64,000 nucleotides of DNA from Lytechinus pictus (lineage: Eukaryota). The translations under genes were made by a program, and so were the position numbers. This document shows, piece by piece, positions 1 to 10,216 of this stretch (the stretch's first letter is position 1; every line of letters starts with the position of its first letter). The stretch is from assembly GCF_037042905.1 (NCBI RefSeq), contig NC_087247.1, forward strand, positions 19,406,001 through 19,470,000, written 5' to 3'. The notes below the pieces were generated by a model, which had not been told where the DNA came from, ran no database searches, and saw only the letters and a program-made list of their open reading frames with translations.

Positions 1-410
1 CCCATTTCGGCTAACAATCATTTGGTAGATTTGCCATGGGTCCAACCACCAATAGGTCTAATCACCATCTCGTCTAATCATCATTTCGTCCAATAGGCAT
101 ATTCATTTCATCTTATAACCATAATGGTCTACTGGCACTAAACCTCTACGGTGACTCTATGTATCATTGCCGATTTGTTGCAGTACTACTCCTGATTTGT
201 GGTTCAGATCAGCTCGCGAGCGCAAAAAAACCCTTTACCATCCGCCGACAGGGCATAGGCAGGGAAAAGGAAGGGGAACGAAAGAAAAGGGAAAAGAAGG
301 GGAAAGAGAGGAGGGAAAATGAGGAAAAATAAGAGGAGACAGAAGAGTGAATAAAATAGGGTGAGGTGAAGACTTTGAAAATTAAAAAAAAAAAATTTCA
401 TGTCTCAAAA

Positions 411-610
411 GAGGCGCGATAGCTCAGTCGGTAAAGCGGGGGTTTCTGATTCCGGTGACCCGTATTCGATTCCCAATTGGTGCGTTAGTGCCCCTTGGTG
501 AGGCATAATAGTCATTTTCCTACCAGGTCCCTTGGAGAGGACCTTAAGCCGTCGGTCCCCTGGTTGCTTGCTTACAAGCATTCATGCTTTCTTAGCAACC
601 AGGTAAAAAA
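411..610 (+). mobile_element. tRNA-derived SINE
   Basis: tRNA-like head with A box (TAGCTCAGTCGG) and degenerate B box (TTCGATTCCC), a unique body and an A-rich end. Four related copies occur in the window. Confidence 0.8.
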
Positions 611-1054
611 ATCACCATGTACTATATAGGCTAAAATTTTCGCTTCGCGCTGGCATCCATATCTACTTCAGAATTTTCATGCATAGTGCTTGAAAAAGTG
701 CATAAATTTACCCCTTTTCGGACTGGAATATGAAGTATTTTTAGCTCATGCTTCGCTCTCGCTTTATGCTTTTTCAGTTCTGATTTGCTTTGCAAAGGGT
801 ACATCGATAATTATTACTATTACTGTTTTTACTATTACGAAGTTATATTTATGCATGTGTGTAAAATTAGGTATTGAAACTAAGTTTTGGGGCTGGCCTC
901 ACATACAAGCATTGCTTATTTTCGGCAGTCCCTCCGTTTCACTCTAATATACAAAAAATAATAATTTAAGGCAGCTTAATGTCATTAATTGTGTTTATCA
1001 AATCTATAGGCCTTATTGTGTTTTATAAGATGTTATGTTATGTTATACCGAGGT

Positions 1055-1242
1055 TCTACCTGACTGCTAAGAAAGCACGAATACCTGTGAGCAAGCAACC
1101 AGGGGACCAACGGCTTAAGGTCCTCTCCGAGGGACCTGGTAATGAGGATAAATGCCTTACCAAAGGGCACTAGCGCACCACTTGGGAATCGAACCCGGGT
1201 CAGCGGAATCCGAAACCCCTGCTCTACCGACTGAGCTATCGC
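1055..1242 (-). mobile_element. tRNA-derived SINE (same family, inverted relative to 411-610)
   Basis: Reverse complement reads GCGATAGCTCAGTCGGTAGAGC...GGGTTCGATTCCC...GGACCTTAAGCCGTTGGTCCCCTGGTTGCTTGC. Confidence 0.8.
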
Positions 1243-3287
1243 TTTTTTTTGGTTATATTCTTTATTTTTATGATATGTTTATTATATACAACATTGTGAA
1301 ACGGAAAACAGTAAATAAAATGAAATGATTAAAACATGTATTCAAAATGCCTAAATTCTAGGTCTAAATTAACGCAGCTTATTCTATATATTTATAACGT
1401 GCTTGAATTATCCAGTTTCAGATCAGAATATAAAAAAAAAACTTCTGCTCGCATTATTAACAATAATGTAGGAAGATACCTAGTTACCCATCCATTTTAC
1501 AATTTACAAAACATTAAAAGAGTGTCCAGTTCTTAGATCCAAAATCTATTTTTCGGCTCACGCTGCCGTCAACTGTTTAGTTGTGTAACTCGAGTCCTGA
1601 AGAAAATACCGGTGATTGGACCCATGGCAACGATACCAAATGATTGTTAGCCGAAATGGGTTTAGACAAAGTGATAGCGAACCAACTGAAGTTAGACCAA
1701 ATGGAACATGGACGAAATGAGAGTAGACCAAGTGGTTATTAGACCAATTTGCTATTAGGCCAAAAGGTAATAGACGTAATGATATTGGACAAAGTGGATA
1801 TTGGACCAATTGAAAAAAAATACAATTAGACTAAATGATAATAAACAAAACGGCTATTAGACCAACTGGCTATTAGACGAGATGGTAATTAGACGAAATG
1901 GTTATTGGACTATGTTGATAGTTGACTAACTAATGGTAGACGAAATTATATCAGACCATGCGATAGTAGGGGAAAAGGCAGTAGACGAAATGGCAATGAA
2001 CCGATAAATATCCATACAAAGAGTAATCCTGATTTCCAAATCACTTAATTCTCTTTCTCGTTTCTCAAAAAAATTAGTGAAAGCATATTTTATATCTTAT
2101 CTGTAGCTCGAGTCCTGAAGAAAATACCGCTGGGACATTCTGCGTTGCGACATGTGACGTTATGCGTTAGAAAAACCGCGACATTATGCGTTGACTGCGA
2201 CATTATGCGTCGGACGCTCTTGGCATAATGTCGCAATCTGCGACATTATGTGTTGGTGCGATTATCGGTTGTAACAGGGCCTATGTATTAAGTAAATACC
2301 ATAATACATTGCACTAAACATGACACATACATATTTATCATATTTAGCGTGGATGGAGACAGCTATTGAAGTCTTATACTAAGACTTGTTCTTCCATAGC
2401 TGCCCCCTAAAAAAAGTTAAACTCAATACTCACTGGTATTTATTAACATTTTCGGAATTTCGGAGACGGGGCGTTCTAATGACCCCCCCCCCCCCCTCCA
2501 TGACCACCGTTTCGCGATGTATGTTTCTTTGTAATTTAGTAGTAAACTTTGTAATACAAAACTTTATACAAAAAATTTTGTGTTAGATTTTGAAATAAAA
2601 TTAAGAAAATGTTATCACTTTCCACGCTCTTTTCTTTCCCGGTTTCAACCTTCTCTTGGTCTCGAAACTTTGGGGGTCCATGTCCCTTGCCCCACCCCAT
2701 CTGTCTGCTTTTGATGAAGGGTGAACTATCCTGCAAAGTTCAACGGGTTTAGAGGAGAGGGCGCGCCACAGATTATCTGAGAAGATCGTATCATGGACCT
2801 GTAGTCGGTCCATGATCGTATTGATTCCTTTCTGTGACCGGCGTATCAATTTAATAAAGATCAGGGCTTTCCCCAAGATTCTTACAAATAAGTCTTCAAA
2901 ACATCAAGTTGTTTTTGCACATTAAACTATTTGCAAAATATATGAGATAAATATTTAATCTACATAATTGGTTTTAGCGTTGACAAAACTTTCTCGCTCT
3001 CTATAACAGTCCTACATTAACTATTACATAAATGAACAACAAAACAGATGCGTATTGTACGTATTTAAGTGCAAAGTTGCACAATTTGCAACTTGCTTCA
3101 TTCTAATATCCAATAGCTATCACAAAGCCATCCATATTAATTAAGGCAAAGGTAAATTAAAACCTTAAAAAAAAGGCTATATAGTTAAATTTCCTAATTG
3201 ATCGATCGTATTCCTCAATCAATGTTAATAAAATTTTGGCATAATTTTGTAAGCCGTATTATACAGGACGCAACAAATGGCATCATC

Positions 3288-4619
3288 CTACTGAAGATGA
3301 CTAAGTCGCATGGTGTTTGTAAGTACACTGCCATCTGCAAAAGCAGATGCTTGGACAGACGGAAGTACGCTAGAGGATGTCTCCACTTCGTGTCCAAAGA
3401 CAGGATCATGGCTTGATCGGGAACAGATAAAGATGCCTTTGAGTGCTTTACGAAACCTTGGATTCCTGGCAGTGTAGATGAAAGGATTCACGCACGAGTT
3501 GAAGTAAGCCAGGTTTTGGAAGAAACGATGCAGTGGACTCCAAATGTAATTTCTAGCAGTGCCGAACCGCATTTTTGCGCAGAAGTAGGCAATTTGAGAC
3601 GGTGCCCAGCAAATGATGAATACAACTATGACAATAAGCATCATCTTGAGAACGCGAGTACGAGCTTTCAGATGAATTGATGGCTTACAAGCGTTGGCAG
3701 ATCCTTCTGTTAAGATCTTGGAGAAATGTTGGGCCTCTCGGTAAAGTTTCTTGGCTATTAGAATTTGGGTGAGAAGGATAAGTACAGTTGGCAAACCAAT
3801 GCGTAGACAGATGTTGTAAGCAGCAAAGGCCATGTCGCCTTCGACTGAAAATTCTCTACGAACGCACCGTCCAGTGAGGTCTTCAACATAGATCCCAAAG
3901 ATGGGCCTGCTTCCTGCGAGCATGAACGTCAACCAAACAAGAGCTGTACAAATACACGCTCGCCTCTTTGTGACCATGCGATTGAAGGTGAGAGGATGGA
4001 CAACCGCGAAGTAGCGGTCGAAACATATGGCTACAAGTTGATAAGAAGATACCGTGATTAGCATCCAATGTAACGTAGGAGAAAAGATCAAGCGACAATA
4101 GAGATGTCCCGCAACACTCGAAGGCATTGTTTGAGCTTTCGGGTGGGGAATCATCACGATGGATAACAAGAAATCTGCAAGGGCTAGATTGCCCACCAGG
4201 ATGTCAGTGGAGCGTCTGGAGGATTTCTTCCAGAACACCACAAGGATGACTAGGAAGTTCCCCAGTATCCCCAGAATCGCAGAAACCATCTGTAAGATGA
4301 CCCACCAAGGCCATTCCATTGTTGACCAAGACCATTGAAATAAAGTCTTTGGTTGCATTTCTTCGGAGCGGTCTTCCTCGTAAGTAAAATTCAATAAAAA
4401 GTCGGAGGAGAGATCATCGTTGCTTAAAACATTTGAACTTGTGGTGAAGATGAATTCGTTTGGTCGACCCGTTGATTCTTTGCCAGTGCTATGTGCGAAT
4501 GGACTTGATCCTGGAGAAGCCGATGTTCCTCCGAGACGAAGCGTTGATTGGTTTGTGGCCAGGGATTCATCTTTAACCAACACCAGGTAGATAATTGTGG
4601 AATAGAATTTGAAATTCAT
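3288..4619 (-). CDS. Intronless rhodopsin-family (class A) GPCR, peptide-receptor-like, paralogue 1 (443 aa)
   Basis: Seven hydrophobic segments with class A motifs GN (TM1), LALAD (TM2), DRY (TM3), CWAP (TM6) and NPFIY (TM7). The first ATG is at 4619; the ORF-track start at 4625 is TTG. The N-terminus looks like a signal peptide. Confidence 0.93.
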   Translation of the reverse strand: MNFKFYSTIIYLVLVKDESLATNQSTLRLGGTSASPGSSPFAHSTGKESTGRPNEFIFTTSSNVLSNDDLSSDFLLNFTYEEDRSEEMQPKTLFQWSWSTMEWPWWVILQMVSAILGILGNFLVILVVFWKKSSRRSTDILVGNLALADFLLSIVMIPHPKAQTMPSSVAGHLYCRLIFSPTLHWMLITVSSYQLVAICFDRYFAVVHPLTFNRMVTKRRACICTALVWLTFMLAGSRPIFGIYVEDLTGRCVRREFSVEGDMAFAAYNICLRIGLPTVLILLTQILIAKKLYREAQHFSKILTEGSANACKPSIHLKARTRVLKMMLIVIVVFIICWAPSQIAYFCAKMRFGTARNYIWSPLHRFFQNLAYFNSCVNPFIYTARNPRFRKALKGIFICSRSSHDPVFGHEVETSSSVLPSVQASAFADGSVLTNTMRLSHLQ

Positions 4620-5876
4620 CTTCAATTATGGTAAAATACGTCCTCCTGATGAAATAAAAAGGAAAAATAATATTAAAAAGATAATTTTATTTCTTAGCTC
4701 AAATGAAAATCTTTATAAACAAGACACCGATATCCAATTTCGGGGATCGTTTCTGTTTGTTGTAATTAATTTCATAACACTTCTTTTGATTTAATTTTCA
4801 AAAACGATTAAATTTTCAATAAGATATAAATGATATTTAAGACTTACCGATTGGCGTTTGACTGATAGTTGTTGAAGAGCTGATGTAGTCTCCCAAGCTT
4901 TCACTTTTATATAGTCTGTGGTGTTTACCGCTGTGTCATCTATTACGATCAATGCATTATTTCTAGGCCCTGGATAGCAATGTTTCAATATTGAATTCCA
5001 CCTTTTCTAGTTTTATATTGACTGTGCTTACAATTAAAAAAAAAATGCCTCTCTTTTTAATGTACAGGTAACTTCCTGACATGTTAAAAAGATATAAAAA
5101 ACGGTGAAACCATAACTTACTCTAAACGGAAAGAAAATATCAGTTATTTCCGGAATTGAATATCTGTCAAAGAAATCACTCAAATAAAAGTCTTTTGAGA
5201 TTTCATTAAAGTTTCTTCCAACCTTCACTGTCATATGGAATTTTAATTTCGTGATACATGAGTGACTCTTTCAACAAAATATGCAGCTGGCGTTCATTCA
5301 TTTTTGTTAAATGTACTCTGAATAGTCGAAAACTTGATACTAAAGCGGTTAATGGGAATCTTTTCAAGAATTTCTGCTCCCAGACAAGCCGTAAATGCCA
5401 TTATTGCGGCGATGATAGTGTATTTGAATTAAACGATTTAAAAGGTACGGAAGTAATGGATTTGAACAACAAATCAAATTCAATAAAATCAGTATGCTAA
5501 GGTTTGAAAAAAGAGGCCCTAAGTGCTTTTCAGACATCTCATTTTGTTTAGCATCCCTCGATATTTTTCTACTAGTGTGCTTCAGCTCTCTTAGAACTTC
5601 TATGGAACTTGTTAGGCGCCATATCCATTTCGCAAGAGGTGCTCAAGGCGCACAAGTGAAGGGGGGCAAACGAAATTACAAGTAACAGAAAATCATCGAT
5701 AAAATGAGTTAAAGAGGTCGGTTTTTGGCTTAATCTTAAATGTTTCGACACTCTTGCTATCTCGGATCTCTCGTGGGAGGGAATTCCAAAGTGAGGGTCC
5801 TGCATGGATGAATGCCCCCCCCCCCCCCACACACACACACATTTTGTTTTACATTTTGGAACTGTAAGAAGACCTG

Positions 5877-7337
5877 GGCCCTGTCTAAAGCCCCTTTCAC
5901 AATTGACGTACGACCTGTTTACGACCACCTGCAACAATTTTTTCTTGTTGTTGCACGATCGATCCCTTGGTGTCTTGCGAGCACTCGCAGTCGTTGTAGA
6001 CGATCGCACAAACTCGAGGTGGTCGGAGGTGATCGTGACTGGTCGCATCTGAACTTTGAACATGTTCAAAATCCAAACGCGATCAAATACGATTGATTCA
6101 CTCGCAACAGGTCGTACCATCGGTCGGGCGACCATCGTGTTAGTGTTGTTCAACGTTGTACGACTTGGTGCGAGAGGTGGCACAACTAAGTATAGTAACA
6201 TTTAGTCGACTGGAGGTCGTACAACACTTGCACATGTGCTGGAGACCTACAGAGACCAGTCTTGCGACTGGGTGCGATAATATAAGACTGTTGCAAGATC
6301 GATCGAAATTACGGCTTACAACATTCCACTACCGTTGCATGCGCTTGCATGCGACCGTTCAGCCCCTTTCACAATTGATGTCCGACCAGTTTACGACCGC
6401 CTGCAACAGTTTTTTCTTGTTGTTGCACGATCGATCTCTTGGTGTCTTGCGAGCACTGGCAGTCGTTGTAGACGGTCGCACGAACTCGAGGTGGTCGTGA
6501 CTGGTCACATCTGAACTTTGAACATGTTCAAAATCCGAACGCGATCAAATACGATCGATTCACTCGCATCAGGCCGTACCCGGGGTCGTACCATCGCTCG
6601 GGCGATCATCGTGCGAGTGTTGTTCAACGTTGTACGACTTGGTGCGAGAGGTGGCACGACTAAGTAGTCGCATTTACTTGACTGGAGGTCGTACAACACT
6701 TGCACATGTGAAAGCGACCTACATGTACAGAGACCTGTCTTGCGACTGGTTGCGATAATAATATGGGCCATAAGACTGTTGCAAGACCGATCGCAACGGC
6801 TTACAACATTGCACTACCGTTTCATTCGCATGTATGCGACCGTTCCACTCGCAATCCCTCGTGCAACACTCGCATGTGATCGCACGAGCACAATAAGAGC
6901 ATATGCGACTTACTCGTGCAACGGGGTTTACTGGTTGTTTTTGTTGTACGACAGCTGTTGCAACTGTGAAAGCCTCTGTGCGATCTTATGAGATGACTAG
7001 CGATTGATGCCTGTTGCAGCCTGACGCACGACCAAAAGGTCGCAAATGGTCGTACGTCAATTGTGAAAGGGGCTTTACAAAGAGTTACGATTGATCCAAT
7101 CAATCGGTACTCTATTGAATTCATCAGTGTCATATTTTTTTCTACAGGAAATGTGCATAATGTCCTTTGTAAACAAAAAGAAGCACACTGAATTTTCAAG
7201 ACAACGATGAATGCATAAATATACATCATAGTTAGAAACATGCGTAGTAAACATGCATAGTATAGATGTTGACATTGCTGTCCGTCCATAGTTGCGATCG
7301 ATCGGATCAATCGCAACTCTTTGTATAAGACGTGGCC
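5877..7337. mobile_element. MITE with CWG-flanked GGCC termini (PIF/Harbinger-like), interrupted in its left TIR
   Basis: Left end CTG|GGCCCTGTC[insert]TTACAAAGAGTTACGATTGATCC is the inverted match of right end GGATCAATCGCAACTCTTTGTATAAGACGTGGCC|CAG. Confidence 0.65.
5889..7074. mobile_element. Non-autonomous TIR element (PIF/Harbinger-like, TWA target) with an internal ~470-bp tandem duplication
   Basis: TIRs AGCCCCTTTCACAATTGACGTACGACC / GGTCGTACGTCAATTGTGAAAGGGGCT, flanked by TAA and TTA. Segment 5889-6360 is repeated at 6361-~6845. Confidence 0.8.
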
Positions 7338-8523
7338 CAGATTCACTGCATATGGAGCGTAGAAGCCAAGATGGTGTGTAGAGCAGAGTTGTACTGTGGA
7401 GCAGAGCCCAGTTAAAAGCCCCCTCACGCCTGACCGAATGTAGGCGGACGAAGGGTGACGAATGGGAAAAATGCACGCGAATTCAACGAATTCAAATAAA
7501 ATTTCCGTCAAATCATACGATCAGTAACTATTGTCAAATGTTATCAACGAACGGTAAGCTAATGATAAATATGACATGCGAAGGATATCGATATTTCGGT
7601 TCACCTCTTTGATTAAATTGCAGCCGAAGGCGAGCGAAAGGTTGGTATAACCCAATAAGACGAACGAACAGTGAGCAATGGTTTGATATGGTGTGCGATT
7701 TTAAACGAAGAAGAGGGAATAGATCGGGCGTTCTTGTACGTTTGTGTCATCGTGTTGCTTCGATAATAAGGGTTCTTTCGAGATCGGTCCACTTTGGCAA
7801 AAGCGCGATGGGGGACTATGCGCGACAATAACGCACGAACGATAAACGAACGATTACCGCATACTAAATAAGAGATGCGAATTCAAACAGATGACCAACG
7901 ATTTTTCAATTCGTCGGAAATTTTTGTTCGAAATTTCCGCGCGAATTTGAATAATCGCAGCTGTCAGTTCAGAAGGTGTACGAACCCAAACACGAAGGGT
8001 AAATATGATTTACTATCACTTACCATTGAAAACGATGAAGAAAAAAATTGCCTTTCGCCAGCCATCGCAAGGCATATTTCTGGCAATTCGGTTAGGTGTG
8101 AGGGGACCTTACAGGATTTCGAATTTGCCGCGTTCACTCATGGGCAACCAATGTAAAGATTTAAGAACAGGAGTGATGTGGGTAAAATTTGCTACGAAGG
8201 GTCACTATACGAGCAGCAGAATTCTGTAGTTTTTGCAAACGAGTAATTTGAGACTGGAGTAGATTAAATAAATGTGCATTGCCGAAATCAAGACGAGATT
8301 AAATCAATGAATGAACAATTTTCTCGGTTGCGTCAAGAGTCAAATATTTGCGTGACTGATACCGTACAGATTTACAAATGTATTGAATACGAGTACCATC
8401 GATCTTATTCGAGTCGAGAAACATACCAAGATTGTTTTCAGAAACTTCAATAATGTGGTTGGCTATAGAAATTGATGTAATTTGTATTCTAGACAGATGG
8501 GTTATTAATGAAATCATATTATA

Positions 8524-10172
8524 CAGTGCGTCCCACAAAAAACGAAACCGAGATTTATCGATGATTTATCATAACTTAATCACAAATACAATAGCCAAAT
8601 GACCTACCATTGTAAAGCTTAGAATCTCCTCTTTCATCTAAAATTACTTAGATTATTTCTCCTTCACGCATGAGTGAGCAAAAAGAATTTGAAGAGGGGA
8701 TACCAAAAAGTCACTTGGCGGGTTGTATCTGGGTTTCAAAAAGAAAACCACATATTTAAAAAGTTCAATATCTGCTCTTTAATTTGATACCTCAATTACA
8801 GAAAATGGTCAAGAAATAACAAAGTTCTGGTTATTTGAAATAAGGCTTGAATTTCAACAATAGCCACCTTTCGCAATCCTCACGGACGCTAATATTAGGG
8901 TACCCTAACACAAAAGTTAACGCTGGCAATTGATTCCATGGGTCAAATCACCTCTCCAGCCGAAACCATTTCGCATGCGTTGATTATGTACACAGCATGT
9001 ATACGTCTGAACACGTTTTTTCTTTTGTTTACTCCTAAACAAACGATATGCCTCAAGCACACAATGTAATGGGCATTATGTTTTACTTTCCCCAGAAATG
9101 GGGGATTAGATTCGAATTCCCGGGGGACCACTTACATTAATGAGTGGATACCAGGCACGACCATGCGGTTTCGAAAAGCACCCTACACACGGGAAGCAAG
9201 GCTTTTCCAGATTATCAAAATGCATCTCTTAACAAGTATTTAGCTTGTGAAACCCTACAAGTATTGAAAACATATCCTCCTTTTCGGTATTTTAAACATC
9301 GTTTTTGACAATAACGTTACATAGGCCAATACGTAACGTACTCTTTCCCTTTTTACGCGTGGTCGCGCCTGGTATCCACTCTTCAATGGAAGTGGGCCCC
9401 CCCGGGCGGCCTCTCGAGCTCTGGGATGAACCAAATGTGGCTTTGAAAAGTCGTCCTAAATCGGATATATCGCTGTTACCATAGTAGCAACCAGAATTTT
9501 GCACACGAAACGCAGATTGAATGTTTCCGTTCCAGATGCGAAACGAAAAAAAATCTCATGTCACACAATTTGCATTGCAGGACAGAGTTTTACGACCATG
9601 ACGACGGACCCAAAAGTCTCTTCCAAAATCAACTACCGTCGCAAAAAATTAGCGTTCGCGTTCTCCAACGAAAGGTCGGGAATTTCATAAAATGAAGAGG
9701 TTTTACAGGCTATCGTCCAGACTCACTCAAGACTCCGTTTTGTTGACGATCAGCCATGCATTAAGTCTTTTGTTAACCGTGTGATAGCTTTATTGGGAAA
9801 CCTGTGAAAACACGTTTATTTAATGAAATTATGGAAATACAAGCATCGTTTCGAGGGAACAGAACTTTTTTACTTCTTGACCATTTTCTGTGATTAAGGT
9901 ATCAAAATTAATGAAAGAGCAGATATTGAATTTTTTAGGCATGTCATTTTTCTTTTGAAATTCAAATACCCCCCGCCAAATAAGTTTTTGGTATCCTTTT
10001 TTTAAATTGTTTTTGCTCACTCATGCGTAAATGAGGAATATTCTAAGTAATTTCAGATGAAAGAGGAGATTCTAAGCTTTACAATATGGTATGTCATTTG
10101 TCTATTGCATTTATGATTAAGTTATGATAAATCATCGCTAAATCTCGGTTTCGTTTTTTGTGGGACGCACTG
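8524..10172. mobile_element. Non-autonomous Tc1/mariner-type element with ~300-bp imperfect TIRs and TA TSD
   Basis: TA|CAGTGCGTCCCACAAAAAACGAAACCGAGATTTA ... TAAATCTCGGTTTCGTTTTTTGTGGGACGCACTG|TA; no transposase ORF. Confidence 0.9.
9119..9406. mobile_element. MITE with CCCGGG termini nested in the Tc1-like element
   Basis: Imperfect ~45-bp TIRs: CCCGGGGGACCACTTACATTAATGAGTGGATACCAGGCACGACCA versus the reverse complement of 9360-9406. No clear TSD. Confidence 0.7.
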
Positions 10173-10216
10173 TATAACGGTAACCCTTCAAAAGTTATCC
10201 GCGTCCCCTTGTTACT

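Larger units (their letters stand above)
1..2276. mobile_element. Right part of the TGT...ACA foldback DNA element (duplicate of 21262-24698)
   Basis: Nearly identical to 22441-24698 and ends in ...ATTATCGGTTGTAACA followed by GGGCC. Confidence 0.8.
5600..8500 (-). mobile_element. 5'-truncated, decayed L2/CR1-type LINE split by nested insertions (pieces ~5600-5815 and ~8070-8500)
   Basis: Minus-strand translations RKYLTLDATEKIVHSLI*SRLDFGNAHL...LQNSAARIV / THITPVLKSLHWLP and AFIHAGPSLWNSLPREIRDSKSVETFK are typical of the C-terminus of L2/CR1 ORF2. The block is absent from the paralogous site near 27995-28005. Confidence 0.8.

Noticed and set aside
411-490. Functional tRNA genes at 411, 1170-1242, 22852, 23612-23684 and 58470-58545
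   Set aside because: Each continues into a shared non-tRNA body and tail and has imperfect stems; these are SINE heads.
5572-7511. ORFs of 209 and 229 aa on the minus strand
   Set aside because: They run across MITE boundaries and an internal duplication, have no recognisable domain, and are chance ORFs in GC-richer TE sequence.
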